Part shown: positions 12,442-25,240 of the stretch, piece by piece
How the letters are laid out: each line of letters begins with the position of its first letter
How positions within the stretch are numbered: the stretch's first letter is position 1
Source of the DNA: Cirrosporium novae-zelandiae
Lineage: Eukaryota
Length of the DNA: 64,000 bases
Assembly (NCBI GenBank): GCA_026023565.1
Contig: JAPETS010000050.1
Span: 1-64,000 of the forward strand
Direction of reading: 5' to 3'
Notes under the pieces: generated by a model
Seen by the model: only the letters and a program-made list of their open reading frames with translations
Database searches by the model: none
Told to the model about the DNA's origin: nothing
Translations under genes and position numbers: made by a program

Positions 12442-15425
12442 ATGTCTGCTGGTGATATAAATGGAAATGCTCCAGATGTTTCTCAGCCACATAAATTCAA
12501 CTGTCGTTTCTGTGATCAAGTTTATCATAGAAAGGATCATTTAACGCGCCATGAGCGCAGTCATACCTTGGAACGCCCATATCAATGCTCTCACTGTAAC
12601 CGCCATTTTAGTCGCAGGTCGGTTCACGTTTTTCCTCGTTTTTGATCAAATGTCTATTTTTTATATTATTATCATTGGATCACCTATTTGATTTCTTCCT
12701 ACATTTGCTCAATTGATGTTGATGGGTCCAAATCAGAGATGTCCTGAAATGTCACATTGAGAAACACCGACCACACTCTCCACGAACAGGTCGAGCTTGT
12801 GATCGATGCTATGTTCGTAAGACCAGATGCAATGGACTAGAGCCTTGTAGTACCTGTACTACAACGGGAGCTGAATGCACACGCCGTCGTTTTGACCAAC
12901 AAAATGAGGAGAGTGAACTAAATATATCCTCAACCAATTCCTTTACTCCGAATACGACTCCTTCAAGAAATTTGATAGCCTCTATGAGTACCAATTCCTC
13001 TATCACGCCTGAGTTATCTCAACATCCGTCATATTTTGCTGATGCGCTACATACCGAACCTTCCGTCTCTGTTACTCGGGAATTGGGCTCTTCCGGATCG
13101 TTCGAGCCAGGTCTTGACCTTATCCTTTCAGAGATGCAGGAATTCTCCCCGCTCGGGTTCTCCAACTTTGAAATTCCTGGGTACCTCGGATGGGGGGGAC
13201 TGTCCGGTGATTCTATATCCTTTGAGCCTTCCAGACCTCCAGTAAGGCACAGGCTTTCTACACCCTTGCGAGAGGTACAGAATACAATTTCCGTAGCATC
13301 TATAGACAATGATGAGACAGATATGCGAAATTCTCATCCTGGAACTTCTGAAAAAGCCCCTGAGCTACCAGAGTCAAGTGTGATGAGTGACCTATCAAGA
13401 GCTACCCCATTCATTCTTAGGAGTCCAAAGTCTCTTCGGTCATCATCTGCATCAATTAGCCCCTGCTCTGCGGAATTTGAGACGCCATTCCATGATATAC
13501 TCTTCAGCCGAGAAGCACATCCAACAGCCGTAGATATTATTTCAGCAGTCACCAACGGGTGCCTCGATACCCTACCCCAATTTGTTGATGATGAAGTTGC
13601 GTGGGAAGGGATAAGCAAAAATCTCTTCCAAGAATTACATCCAGATGGTCCTATTTGTCCAGATGCGGAGCTTTCTATCTCCCCGGCAACAATGGTTGAT
13701 CATTTAATTGATATCTACTTCCTGAGATTCCATTCATCCTGGCCAATTCTTCACCAGACCACATTCCGTCGAAATGAAAAGCCGTCGCTATTAGTTCTCT
13801 CGGTTCTAATGATAGGCGCCTCTCTATACGAAAGCAACCATTCGATTTTGGTTGCCAACCGACTCCACGCTGCTCTAAGAAGCCTACTATACAATGTATC
13901 GGTGAGTCCTGGCTATGATATTCCATGTTCAAGTTTTCAGTGGGTTTCCGAAGGCTTATCTCTACACTAGGCCGATTTACGTCAGATTCGGAGTTGGTCC
14001 CTCTCTCTGTACCAAGCTGACATCCTGAACATCATATTTGGCTTTCTGAGTGCTGTTCGTCATTATTTTTCTATATTGTTTGCGGGCTCTCTAACTAAGG
14101 GGATTTTTTTAGCAACGAGCCGATGCAATTATGGCTGAAGTGGCGAACGGTGTTTTGGTAACACTTATTAGACGTTTAGGATTCTTTAACCAAGAGTTTG
14201 TGGCATCTGGCGAGGAAACAGCACAGATCTGGATTTACGGAGAAGAAAAGAGAAGGTATTTTTTCAACAACTAAATTATGTTTTACCTGCAAAAGCCGCT
14301 GACGGGGGCTGCTTTCTCCCTACCTCTTTTAGGCTTGCTCTCGCTGCTGTCAAGATCGACTCCTACATTAGTGTCGTACACAATCGCCCCCCCACAATTT
14401 CATACGAGGAGTTGGCGATATCGCTCCCCTGTACTCAATCAACATGGGATGCACAGAGGGATGCCAGTTGGAAAATACGGGACCAAGAGTCGATCTTGAG
14501 ATCCCACTCTCTTGTCTCTCAGGTCGTACAAGATGTTGTGAATAACACAGGGGATATCATGCCGCTACTGGAAGAAGATTACCAGCTTATTTTATGCCTA
14601 ATACAAGGCATGATATGGCGAGTAATCAAGACAGAGGCCCTTGAACGAAGAAAGCAAGCGGGAACCACGAGTCTAGTGACAGGACGATTTCCCAAAGGAA
14701 TAACTAAGGAAAGCCCAAATTCGGCTTCGCGTGTGTATAAGATCTTGGAGGTGTGGAAAAATCACTTCGCTGTTATAAGCGAACGTAAAAATACTCCTAC
14801 AGAGACGTCTAACCGAGTTAGCAGGGTCTTTAACTCCCTCATCCTGTGGCATCTGGATATCATTCGGCTGGAAGCTGATCTCGATCTTTTACAAAGTCTC
14901 GCTGGAAGTATAAAGATGGCATCTGAGCATTCTAAAGATGCTACCAGTAAACTCTTCAAGGTGAAAGCTTGGGCTCGTGACGCACAAGGCCGGGCCAGTG
15001 TCTGGCACGCCATACAAATTTGGTCTTTATGGGACAAGGAAATATCCAACGACCCAAGCATTGTTCTAGAACTTATTGCTCACATTGGACTTTTTCAAGC
15101 TAGCGTAGTTCTCTGGGCCTTTTTACAGGCATTTCACACTTGTGAAGTTTGCTCAGATGCGTCTAGAACGGCCAGTTCAGACAATGCGGATGCCTTGGAG
15201 ATTACTCAAGTGGACGATTCTTCATCATTAGAGACTTGGCTCAAGACAGGTGGTCCAGCTTCTTTCAATGGCCATCCACTTTGTTCATGTCAATTGCCAA
15301 ACATCATGAAAGACTTTCAGCGGCTCTTACAGAGACTGGCCCCGACTTCAGGTGTGGGGAACCGCCTTGCAGCGCTCATTCGCGACCTCGAATTAAAGGT
15401 CGAGGATAAGGGAACTAGGGCTTAA
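12442..15425 (+). CDS. Fungal transcription factor with two C2H2 fingers, a Zn(II)2Cys6 cluster and a fungal-specific TF domain
   Basis: CRFC..HERSH and CSHC..HIEKH fingers (the second split by intron 12617-12736), RACDRCYVRKTRCNGLEPCSTC..C binuclear cluster, and YFLRFHSSWPILH plus EEKRR...LPC middle-homology motifs; about 4 introns. Confidence 0.88.
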
Positions 15426-15741
15426 AGAGATGGATTAACGCCTTAAGGGTTAGTATTATACGATGTTTCTTAGTGTTGAATGAATTCAACGCTGCCGAAT
15501 CTTAGTATGTTAATATACTAGGAAGCACATGATGAGAAAATATTTTCCAAAGGCACTCCCTATTTTCTGAGCTGCTCACAAGAATTCCTGCTATGTCTTA
15601 TTTCAGGAAAAAGGAGGAAGGTGAGAAGTAATACGTATAACCATTTCTTGACACAGCTTTCCCAGTGCTAGAGATCGTTATTATCAAAAACCACAACACT
15701 AGAAACTATATTATTATTCTATAGGGAAAGATTTTCCTAGT

Positions 15742-17345
15742 TTACTGGCCAAACCCATACTTCGTCTTCCAACCGGCATTGACAAGTGCTCGGGTCTCTT
15801 CTGAATAACCTTTATCGAACGAGGCTTGAGTAAATACAAAGTCGTCTTGAGTATACTGCTCAATAAACAAGCAGTCAGCGACAACCCGGCCGCCTTGTAT
15901 TGGATCTCCTGGCCCATGTGACATGTAGGGCATCAAAGTAAACCCCTTAATGTTTTCGAAAACATACTCGTCTTGTCCCGGGCGGCATCGTGTCACATGC
16001 GCCCAAAGAACGTCATCAAAGTTTGTTGGGTCAATGTCGTCTCCCACAATGACCAGTCGCGATACTGCGTCGGCGGCATGAGATCCCCAAACTACGTCAC
16101 CTATCTTTCGACAGAAATCCTGTGGAGATATGTTCATTCCTCGGAGTTTCTTGGTATCGACCTGTATAGCTCCCCATACGGAATGCGTTTCCCAAGAAAC
16201 CCATGCGAAATTGACGGGCAAGCCGTGTCGTTGACAAACTTCGATAATTGCTGCAGAAGCCAAAACACCGGTGATTGTATGCTATGAATATTTGATCAAT
16301 AAATGAACGATGTGGAAGAGGCTTAACTTACAGTCTCCTCGGGAGCCCGGCCGGCTACTGCAATTGGAAGAATTGCTCCTTCTCGATAGGTAATAGCATT
16401 GACATGGAATATTGGCTGTGGCCTTGTTTTCCCGGGAAAGAGCAATCCAAACATTTCACCCATTGGTCCTTCTGGTGCCGTCTCCGTGGCTGATATAGTC
16501 CCCTCCAAAACGATTTCAGACGTGGCTGGGACATAAAGATCGTTCGTCTCACATTTAACGACATCCACGGGAGCGCCAGCCAAAGCTCCAACATAACCAC
16601 TTTCATCCACGTTGGCAGGAATTGGCATACCACTCACAGCAATTGCAATAGGCGGAACCCCAAAAGCTAATGCCCATGGGGTATCTTGGCCTTGCTGCTT
16701 CCATTGGTTATGAATTATCCCAATGTGCTGTGTTGGGGCAACAAGACCAGTAAGCTCATTCTTACTATGAACCATGGCTCGAGCAATTGACCAATTCGTC
16801 CACGACTTATCTGGAGTTTGCAAAATATGCATACCATAAGATTGAATATATCGACCTCCATCAAGACCATGCAGCTGTGGAATTGGAAGTTTAGTCAAAT
16901 CGATATCATCCCCCTTGATCACTGTTTCTTTACATGGCCCTGTCTCCACAACCCTTGGTAGGATTGGTTCGTTAAATTTGACGGACAGCATTTTGTTGAC
17001 AATATCCCGCTCAGTAGCATCAGATGGAAGTCCGAAATGCATTGCAACTCTCCCGAACTGCCCTGGGCCTTTCTTTCGAAGACCACCTGGGGCTCCTAAA
17101 ATTCGGAGAAGGCCATTCCTAGAGCCACGAACATTGTTGAATAGAGGTGCCTTCTCTCTTGTTTCGTAAACTTTGCGGGTGACAGCTCCCACTTCTCCGT
17201 CAGAATCCACAGAGGCATTGATGTCCACCAAATCGCCTTCTCGGCGCAGAGCGTCGACAAAGGATCGAAAATTCAGGTAAGGTTTATAATTAGCAGCAGT
17301 TAAACAGCTCGCTGCTTTTGATGATTTAGCTGCGTTTGATGTCAT
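15742..17345 (-). CDS. UbiD-family prenyl-FMN decarboxylase, Fdc1/ferulic-acid-decarboxylase-like
   Basis: FRSFVDALR, GPCKE, DGGRYIQSYG, WTNWSIAR, EGPMGEM, VGDDIDP and TRCRPG motifs; one GT-AG intron near 16283-16331. Confidence 0.92.
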
Positions 17346-17559
17346 GCTCGGCTGTCAAATCCTCCCTTGGTACTCGACTGGCCAGGCTATTGTTTTGAAT
17401 GTATGAAAGAGATACCCACGTATTAGTGAGGTATAGTCAACACCACTACTAGACACATATAAAGATAAGGCAGGAAAGTGGATTGAATATGAATGATATC
17501 GTTTTACGAGGAAAGAAGGAGATGTATTTGGTTTATATATACATCCTAGGGTTAAGCTC

Positions 17560-17695
17560 TCCACCGGAAACGTTGGGGTCTCCATCGGATTTTACTCCAT
17601 CGGAAACTCGGTACACGGATAGCATCCAGCAGTAGGTCGTCATTCGATAGTGGAGATTCGACCAGGTATTTGGAAAGGGACTCTTCATCGGAAAG
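17560..17695. promoter_or_regulatory. Cluster of CGG-containing direct repeats upstream of the UbiD gene
   Basis: TCCACCGGAAA, TCCATCGGATT, TCCATCGGAAA and TTCATCGGAAA, plus two further CGG triplets, just distal to a TATA-like run at about 17532-17542. Confidence 0.55.
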
Positions 17696-18595
17696 CTTTT
17701 CTATTTGCTATATCCCACTTGGGTATTCAATGGACATAGGATATTAGCTAATAATGAGAGGTTAAACTTGAACAGACGGTCAGTTTGGGATAGGGAATAA
17801 GGGAAAGTACAAATTTTTGGTAGTATAATATTTTTTAGACATAGCAGACACGGGAGTTATGTCCCGAGCTTTAACATAACAAACATAATATCACAGCATA
17901 ATCCTCTGCAACGAGATATTCATTATTGTCATTGTCAGTTGTGCCAGGTAAATAAAACAAGCAAACACTGCAAACATCAATCATAATTGTCTAAACTCCC
18001 AACCTCATTTCTACCTTTATTTCTATTTACTGGCTCTTCAGACTTTTAGGAGACGTTCAGGTAAAATCGGGTTATTGTTCAAATCGATATTTGATTGAAA
18101 CCCGATTTTGTTTAAAGGCTTCCCTTTGCTATATAAAGGACTTCTCGTTTTGTCTATGACGCGTTTCCCCGCATCTCTTCTCGCGTCATGTCCTTATGCT
18201 TCCCGTACCCGACCCACATTCCTAATCCCCTTCCTCTACCCCCTTAGGCCCTTTAGTTTATGACAAGTTTTCCTTTTCCAATATGTTGTTGATCTCATAT
18301 TGAACAGCAGTTCAGCATTGACTCCTTATACCTCTCTATAAATAGGGTATAATCTCTCATCTAATCCCTTTTTATTTCTTTTTATTCCCTTTCTTCTAAC
18401 TCTTTTTACAGATGACCACATTATACTCTAAAACAGTCGAGACAGTCACATCAACTTAAGGCTATTCCAAGAAGTAGCATCAGTTCCATGCAAGACGCTA
18501 ACCTCTAGAAACTGTGATTAGTCTAATAGAAAAACCACTTCACTCTATTGTTTGTTCGGCTTCTCCACCAGAAACTGTCTTCAAAAACATTCAAT

Positions 18596-20209
18596 ATGGC
18601 AGATCTAAACTACAGAACAAGCTTCATGTCAGCACTGGAATTAAAATTCTGCGAAGAACTACTGAACGAGATGAGAGAAGAGCGATATGATAATATTTCA
18701 TATCTTTTCAAAGCCCCATTCAAGACTTGGGTACCCTATGAAGCTGGCTCAATCCGTATGGATCTTGAGATATTAGGCCAGAAACTCGAAGATCATCAAT
18801 ATGAGAAGGCGCAGCAATTTCATGATGATGTGAAACTCATGTTTCGCATTTCCCGCCCATACTTCGGATCAGATCTTGTATTCTTTCAGGACAGGAAGCA
18901 ATTTGAGAACTTTTTCGATGAAAAATGGATATAAAAATGGCAATGGCTTAAAGAACATGTTATAGCATGTTCTAGGAGACTCTCAGGACAATATTTGGCC
19001 GAAAAGCATTCGTATGCTATTTATCCGTATCCAGCTTCCCAACCCATCGAAGAAAAGCCACCTGTATCCTCAAGCGCCTCATCAATTTTTGAAGCATCGC
19101 CAACTACTAGACTTCTCCTTAATAGTCGCTCTAGCGTGGTCTTTGAGCTAAGTACAGGCCCTTTAGTCGCACAAACCACAGAAAGTATAACTGGGAGTCC
19201 TCCGAGACTTGCTCACCAGCCATCAAAAGTGTTGATCATGTTTATATGTCTGCGGGTCAACCAAATTTGATTTCCGGCCTCGATGCATTACAGCTCTCGT
19301 ATACTGTTATTGATATGGAGTCCCGGAGCCCCTTGCCCAAACGAGAGGGCGCTTCTGGGATTGGATCAAATCCAGTTGGCTGGTAAGTGAAATTAGTATT
19401 TATGGAAAGCTAGGCTATGTTACTTTCAGTGATTCCCGAATATTTTTCCTCTTTGGGTCGAAGTTCACTTCTTTGATATCTGTATTTTCCGTTTATATGC
19501 CAGTATGATGATAAACATGCAGGCACGACGAAACTCACGACCTTCACCTAAAAATTCTTGCTGGGGTCCCAGAAACAACTTTCCGCCTCCCACAAAGCCA
19601 ACTCCTCTCCTGCTCTCAATACTTCCGACATCTTCAAGAGGAGCATCACTCAACAAAGCAACCTACGCCATTTCATTGTCAGGAATTTAAACTTCCTACC
19701 ATTCGCCCGATAGTATTCAAAGAATTCGAAAAATGGCTTCCGGGCTACAAATGGAGAAATAGCATGGATGTTCTCAGTCTGTACTGGCTTGGGGAAAAGC
19801 TTGAGGTTCCAAAGCTTCGAGACGAGGCCATCCAGAAACTTTGGACACAGTGGGTATGGAACGGCATCTTTACGGAAGCGCAGTTGCTAGATGGAATGAT
19901 ATACAAAAAAGCAAGGAAAGGGTCCTCGATGTACAAACTTCTGTTATTTATCATGACTAAAATGCTCTTTCTGGAAATCGGGAAGACCAGGTTACCAAAA
20001 GTATCCAAAGATACCCAAAAATGGCCATCGAGATGGTGCAGAAGGCCTTCATCACCTCTCCGAAATTGTTCTCTCTCAAGAACGATGGGTCCCAGGCTTC
20101 GAAGACATTGGCGGTAGAGATCCTTAGATCGTTCCTTGAGGACGAATCAAATATGACCCAATGGTGTCTCGATTCGATTAACAAAACAGCATTCAACAGC
20201 AGTGTGTGA
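18596..20209 (+). pseudogene. Degenerate bromodomain-like plus BTB/POZ-like locus
   Basis: LKFCEELLNEM..MDLEILGQKLEDHQY..FHDDVKLMF resembles a BET-type bromodomain but has an in-frame TAA at 18932-18934. The downstream frame LKILAGVPETTFRLPQSQLLSCSQYF..LYWLGEKLEVPKLRDEAI is BTB-like, with an apparent frameshift near 19970. Confidence 0.6.
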
Positions 20210-21227
20210 GTGATGGACCAGTTGGAGTGGGTTTTGCAAGGAAGTCGACTTGAAACTCCATGCGCAAATACGTATCCCTGGAAGTAAACTGTTCATTGAT
20301 TCTACATGGACGTTTCTGCGGTGTACCCCATAAACCTGTACACTCCGCTTCCGGTCACCTTTGGGCCACCAGTGCCATTGGAGGTGATGTTTACTTCAAT
20401 CGGCATGGGATTTATCCCTACGTTGCTATGAAAAGGCAGTTTGTTATAGGCCCTATTCCAAATCCCAGGATAATGAAACCAATATTATGGGACCAATAGC
20501 TATCGCCGTAGTAATTTCTGTAAATAGCACACCCAATTCGTTATCCGATAGTACATATTAAACCCGACATTCAAAATCACGTAGACTATCTGAACTTCTT
20601 TCCTCCCCCCCCCCTTCTTCTCCCTTTTCCAACCAAACCATAACCTCTATATAAAGTAGTAGTTGAAGAAAAAAAAGAACATAACAATCCGTACAAGTAT
20701 TTTAAATAATTATTAATTACATATAGTTACCCCCTATATCCCCTTACTATAAATCACGTGCCTCTTCTGCTGTATCTATCTCCCTACTCCAAGTGCCGAA
20801 CACCCCTCCCAAAGGCTTCTATCGGAGGGGGAACACAAAATGTGGGGTAAATCATTGTACCCAACCCCTCCTCTCCAAGGTCCCTTAGAGCTTGGAGATT
20901 ATTAGTCTGAAAGGATCCCCGGAGATCTCGTGAAGGTTACTTTCTTTATTTTTCTTTCTTAATCAACAAGTACGGTAATAATCAGTCTTTGCGTAGTTTC
21001 ACGAACTTGGAAGGGGAAGAGGTGCATATATTAATTGACCAAGGGTACTTGCAGGCTTTTGAGGAATATTGGTTTAATTGATGGCTTATAAGGTGGATTC
21101 TTTCCTCTGATAATTGATTACTTCACAACTATTCTTACTTGCTTACCTTGCTTGTTGTGGAAAATCGAGGAAAATACCAAAGACTCAATTGCTCAACTCA
21201 GAAGTACAACCACAGCCTCTTCCAATC

Positions 21228-22304
21228 ATGGATCCCTCTCAAGTGGAGATACCTCCCCTCAAGGACCTTACCATCGATAACATAACCGAAAACGTTCACA
21301 ATATAAACTCGCGTTGTCCAGACCCCCGTATGAAATATGTCCTGGAACGCTTGGTCGTCCACCTTCACGACTTTGCGCGTGAGACTCGCCTTTCCACGAA
21401 TGAATGGATGGCCGGTATTCACTTCCTCACACAGGTTGGACAAATCTGCAGCGACGTGCGACAGGAGTTTATATTGTTGAGTGATGTGTTGGGGTTGAGT
21501 TTGCTGGTCGATTCTATTGATCATCCGAAGCCGGAAAATAGTACCGAGGGGACAGTGTTGGGCCCATTTCATACGCACGAAGCGCATAATGTGGGTCATG
21601 GGTCATCGATTTCGCATGATCCAGATGGGACGCCGTGTCTCGTCAAATGCACCGTGAAGGATACATCCGGCAAGCCTATTGCCAATGCCAAGATCGATGT
21701 ATGGGAGACAGATTCAAAAGGGTTTTATGACGTGCAGTATGCGGACCATAGTGCACCAGATGGAAGGGCGATATTAGAGAGCGATGCGGACGGCGTATTT
21801 TGGTTCAAGGCTATTGTGCCGGTTCCATATCCGATTCCGCATGATGGACCGGTGGGGAAGCTTTTGCAAAAGCTATACAGACACCCATATAGGCCGAGCC
21901 ATATGCATTTTATGTTCGCGAAGGAGGGTTTCGATCATCTTATCACGTAAGCATTTATCCTTTCTTTGATTTCTTTGCGTTCCTCCTAGTTCGATAAAAA
22001 TTTTTTAGTAACATAACCCTCCTGTTTCTATAGTTCCTTGTATGTGCGTGGCGACCCCTACGAATCCTCCGATGCTGTCTTTGGCGTCAAAGAATCGCTC
22101 ATCATTGATGTTGGCAAAGTGTCCCCCGAAGATGTTAAGAGATATGATGTCAAGGAAGGAACTTCGCTGATTGCACACGATTTCGTCCTTGTTTCAGACA
22201 AAGAAGCAGGCTCATTGAGGGAGAAGCTAGCACGAGAGGCGATGGAGGCGCAAGGAAGGAAAATGAAGTATTTCCAAGGGTTACCAGTGCCAGACGTGGA
22301 TTGA
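21228..22304 (+). CDS. Intradiol ring-cleavage dioxygenase (hydroxyquinol/catechol 1,2-dioxygenase type)
   Basis: RQEFILLSDVLG, TEGTVLGPF, GFYDVQY, YPIPHDGPVG and RPSHMHF iron-ligand motifs; intron 21947-22033. Confidence 0.93.
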
Positions 22305-23903
22305 TTGGTCAGGAGACGACTAGAAATTGTGTGTTTCCTAATTATCGACTTAGTATGGCAGTGGTTCATGCAGTTCATCGTTGATAAAACAAAGTTAGAG
22401 AAACCAATCCCAAGATGAAATTCCAATAAGAGCAAGATAGTAGCCAAGATGTAAGCTGAAGTACGGTGAGCCGCACGGCTATAAATGCGGAACCTCCGTA
22501 GAATCTAAAACACCAACATACAATATGCGTTGGACAGCCAATATGTAGTAGCCAGACATTTAATAGATGCTGTTTGACGCTTGCGGAAGAACCTGCTATT
22601 TCTCCTTGAGTCTTATTGTAGCATTCGAACTCCGGTAGGAAGAAGATGCTACTATGAACCGTTTTGGGTAGATAGAGTGGTAGGAGACCTGAAGCTGAGA
22701 AGGTCTTCGATGCTCGCTTTAGTCTCGAAAGGATCTCAGTCTTTGTAGGTCATGAGCGGGTCACGAGCAGGTCACGAAGGGTGGTGTCTAGGGCGGTCCG
22801 TGCGTTGATTTGTATCGCTAAATATTCTCCCAATTAGCCGACATTAGCGTGGCTTATAATAGCTCCCCACACTCAACTTCACTGAAGCAAGGCTGTAGGT
22901 CATGATTCCTCTCATCTGCAAGGTCCCTGAAGACAGTTAATATGGCCATCTCCTTTGTATATATATGCAGTCTTCCCATCAGCATCAACCCTTTTCTATA
23001 TTCTCCTTCAAGCAGGCAATCATTCCGTGTGCCAACTCATCTGCTGTCTTTTTCAAATCAAGTCCAAGATTCCCATTCTTCATTATAGCTTCGCATGATT
23101 GCCAATGCCAATATACCCACCTATCTCATCAAATATAAGTCGATATTGCCCACGAGGATCTTTTCAAATATTCTCAGAGAGTGAATAAGATGGCCATCTG
23201 GTCAGGTTGCACGGTCCCCTTTAGCAATACCCAAGGAAGCGATGCGCGGAGCGTTACATGCCTAGTTACCTAGCAAACGGAACAGTAAGAGTATGCTTAG
23301 CTTAAGGCATGAAGCCCCCATCCTTCATCGTAAAATAACAAACGGAGCTATGATATAGTCTACCAGCAATGCCGTTGGAAAATTGCCCATCTCAACAATA
23401 CTTTCCACAATGTTCCCGGTGGTCGACTATATGTCTTCTCAAGCCAAGGAGAAGAGTACATAGGATACAATTATTCCTAGGACATAGTTAGCTACCCTAT
23501 TTATTCAGCATGGAATATTCCCTGAGGACCGAAATCGCGCTTACAATGCTATTGGGCAAGGGGAGGTTCATGAGTCCAGTATCCTGAACGTATATGGTCA
23601 GAAAACGTATTCCTACTGGAATGATTTGCATTCCCATGTGCAAATAGTAAGAAACCTAAGGAGAAGTAGTAAGTCGAGGTTTCATGCATCTATTACCAAA
23701 AAAAAATACGAGTACCGTATGTGGAGAAATTCATGATCGGCTACCTGTAGTATGGTATGTTGTGAAGTTTGGGCATCCCTTAGGTTTTCTCCCACACTTC
23801 TCATATTGAGGTCTTTCACCTTTACGCGAAATAATTGTTCGCCATTCAACTCCATTTATCCCCACCTTAGGTTACTTGTTACCGAAGCCCGAACAAAATC
23901 AAG

Positions 23904-25240
23904 ATGGGGACTGACTTGAAGAACGAGTATTCTCCTCCTGGTGACCCCAATCTTGCTTGTCAGCTTCAGGTTGAAGTGATCAGTCTCTGGCACGCAGGCA
24001 TTGAGGATCTCATGGACTTTTTTGCCGTTACCAATCGCCCCCATCCCCTCTTGGAGACTCTTTTTCGAGACCCCGAACACAAGGCAGTTTATAAACGTGC
24101 TGTTGACCGTGAACTTGACATCATCATGAAACGTTCACTAGACCTCAACTTGAACGAGCTCAACAAGTACCAAAAGGCCCTCTATGCACTAATGAATCTT
24201 GACGAAAATGACAAAGAGAAATTTGGCGCTATGGAACTCTATCTTCTTGGGATTCTCGGTGTTTCTGACGATGGAAACATCGAAGACCTCTACAAAGCCC
24301 TAAACATTGTCGAGTCTAGCCAAGTTTTGGCTGAGAAAGGTGAGCTTCCCAAAGCATTTTAGAATAATCTAGCTATTATTGTTTCTACATTTCGGTTCTA
24401 ACTAAGTTATTTCTAGGAGGCTTGAAACATGCTCTTCCTGCTAAGCCTCCAGCTCCCATGCTTGGCCATTATCATGTTTATCCACCAGGAACCTTTTCTC
24501 CTAGCAATGTCTCGCCCGATGGAGTTCACAAGGACGAGGGTCGTGAAGTCAAGTTGGAAGCACAAGATTCCTACTTTCATGCATCCAGTGCGTCCGGTAC
24601 TAACAAGTCTGGCAAACCCCTGGGCTCTGATTCACATACATCTCTCTCAGATAATGTCACTGCAAGGTCGCGAGGTCCAAGTACCTCCCTCGACGGTCAT
24701 GCCTTATCTCGACTATGGAAAGTATATGACAGGGCAAAGGAGGAGTTCAGTCAACTTCCCGACATTGAGCCAAACACTATTGAGAAGGCCCAAAAGGCAC
24801 AATTCCTTCGTGATACCGTAGAAAACCTCTTTAGCTTTGTGGGACGAGACAAGCTCCCACCTTTTCAATATGTTGACCTTCACGAGACCCTAAAAGTTAC
24901 TAGAGACTACTGTGAGAAGAGCTTTGGAGGATCGAAGAGGAAATTTGACCCCGGGTATCAGCGGCAGGCGGCGCCAAATCGAAAATATGATCGTTATTTT
25001 CCTAGACGTGCTTCTAGTCGTGCTCCACGACGCGATCGTATCAGTGAAATGTCTCCTAGTCGCGACGTAGGTTATCGCCCCCGTGATCTTTACGATCCTA
25101 GCAGAAGAGGTTTCAGTCGCAGCCCATTATACCGCGAGGGTCCACCATTCCACGAAGGCCCAACGTACCGTGAAGTCGCCGACTACCGCCGCCGATACAG
25201 TCCTCCTCGCCGAATTTCATATTCGCCTGTTCGCTGGTGA
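23904..25240 (+). CDS. Hypothetical protein with basic Arg/Ser/Pro-rich C-terminus
   Basis: Two long ORFs joined in frame by a GTGAGC..CTAAC..TAG intron (24340-24416); contains a KRKFD basic patch and an RS/RSP-rich tail. Confidence 0.7.

Noticed and set aside
18932..18934. Premature stop as an A-to-I editing (stop-to-Trp) target
   Set aside because: The codon is TAA rather than TAG, and the locus has a further frameshift, which favours simple decay.
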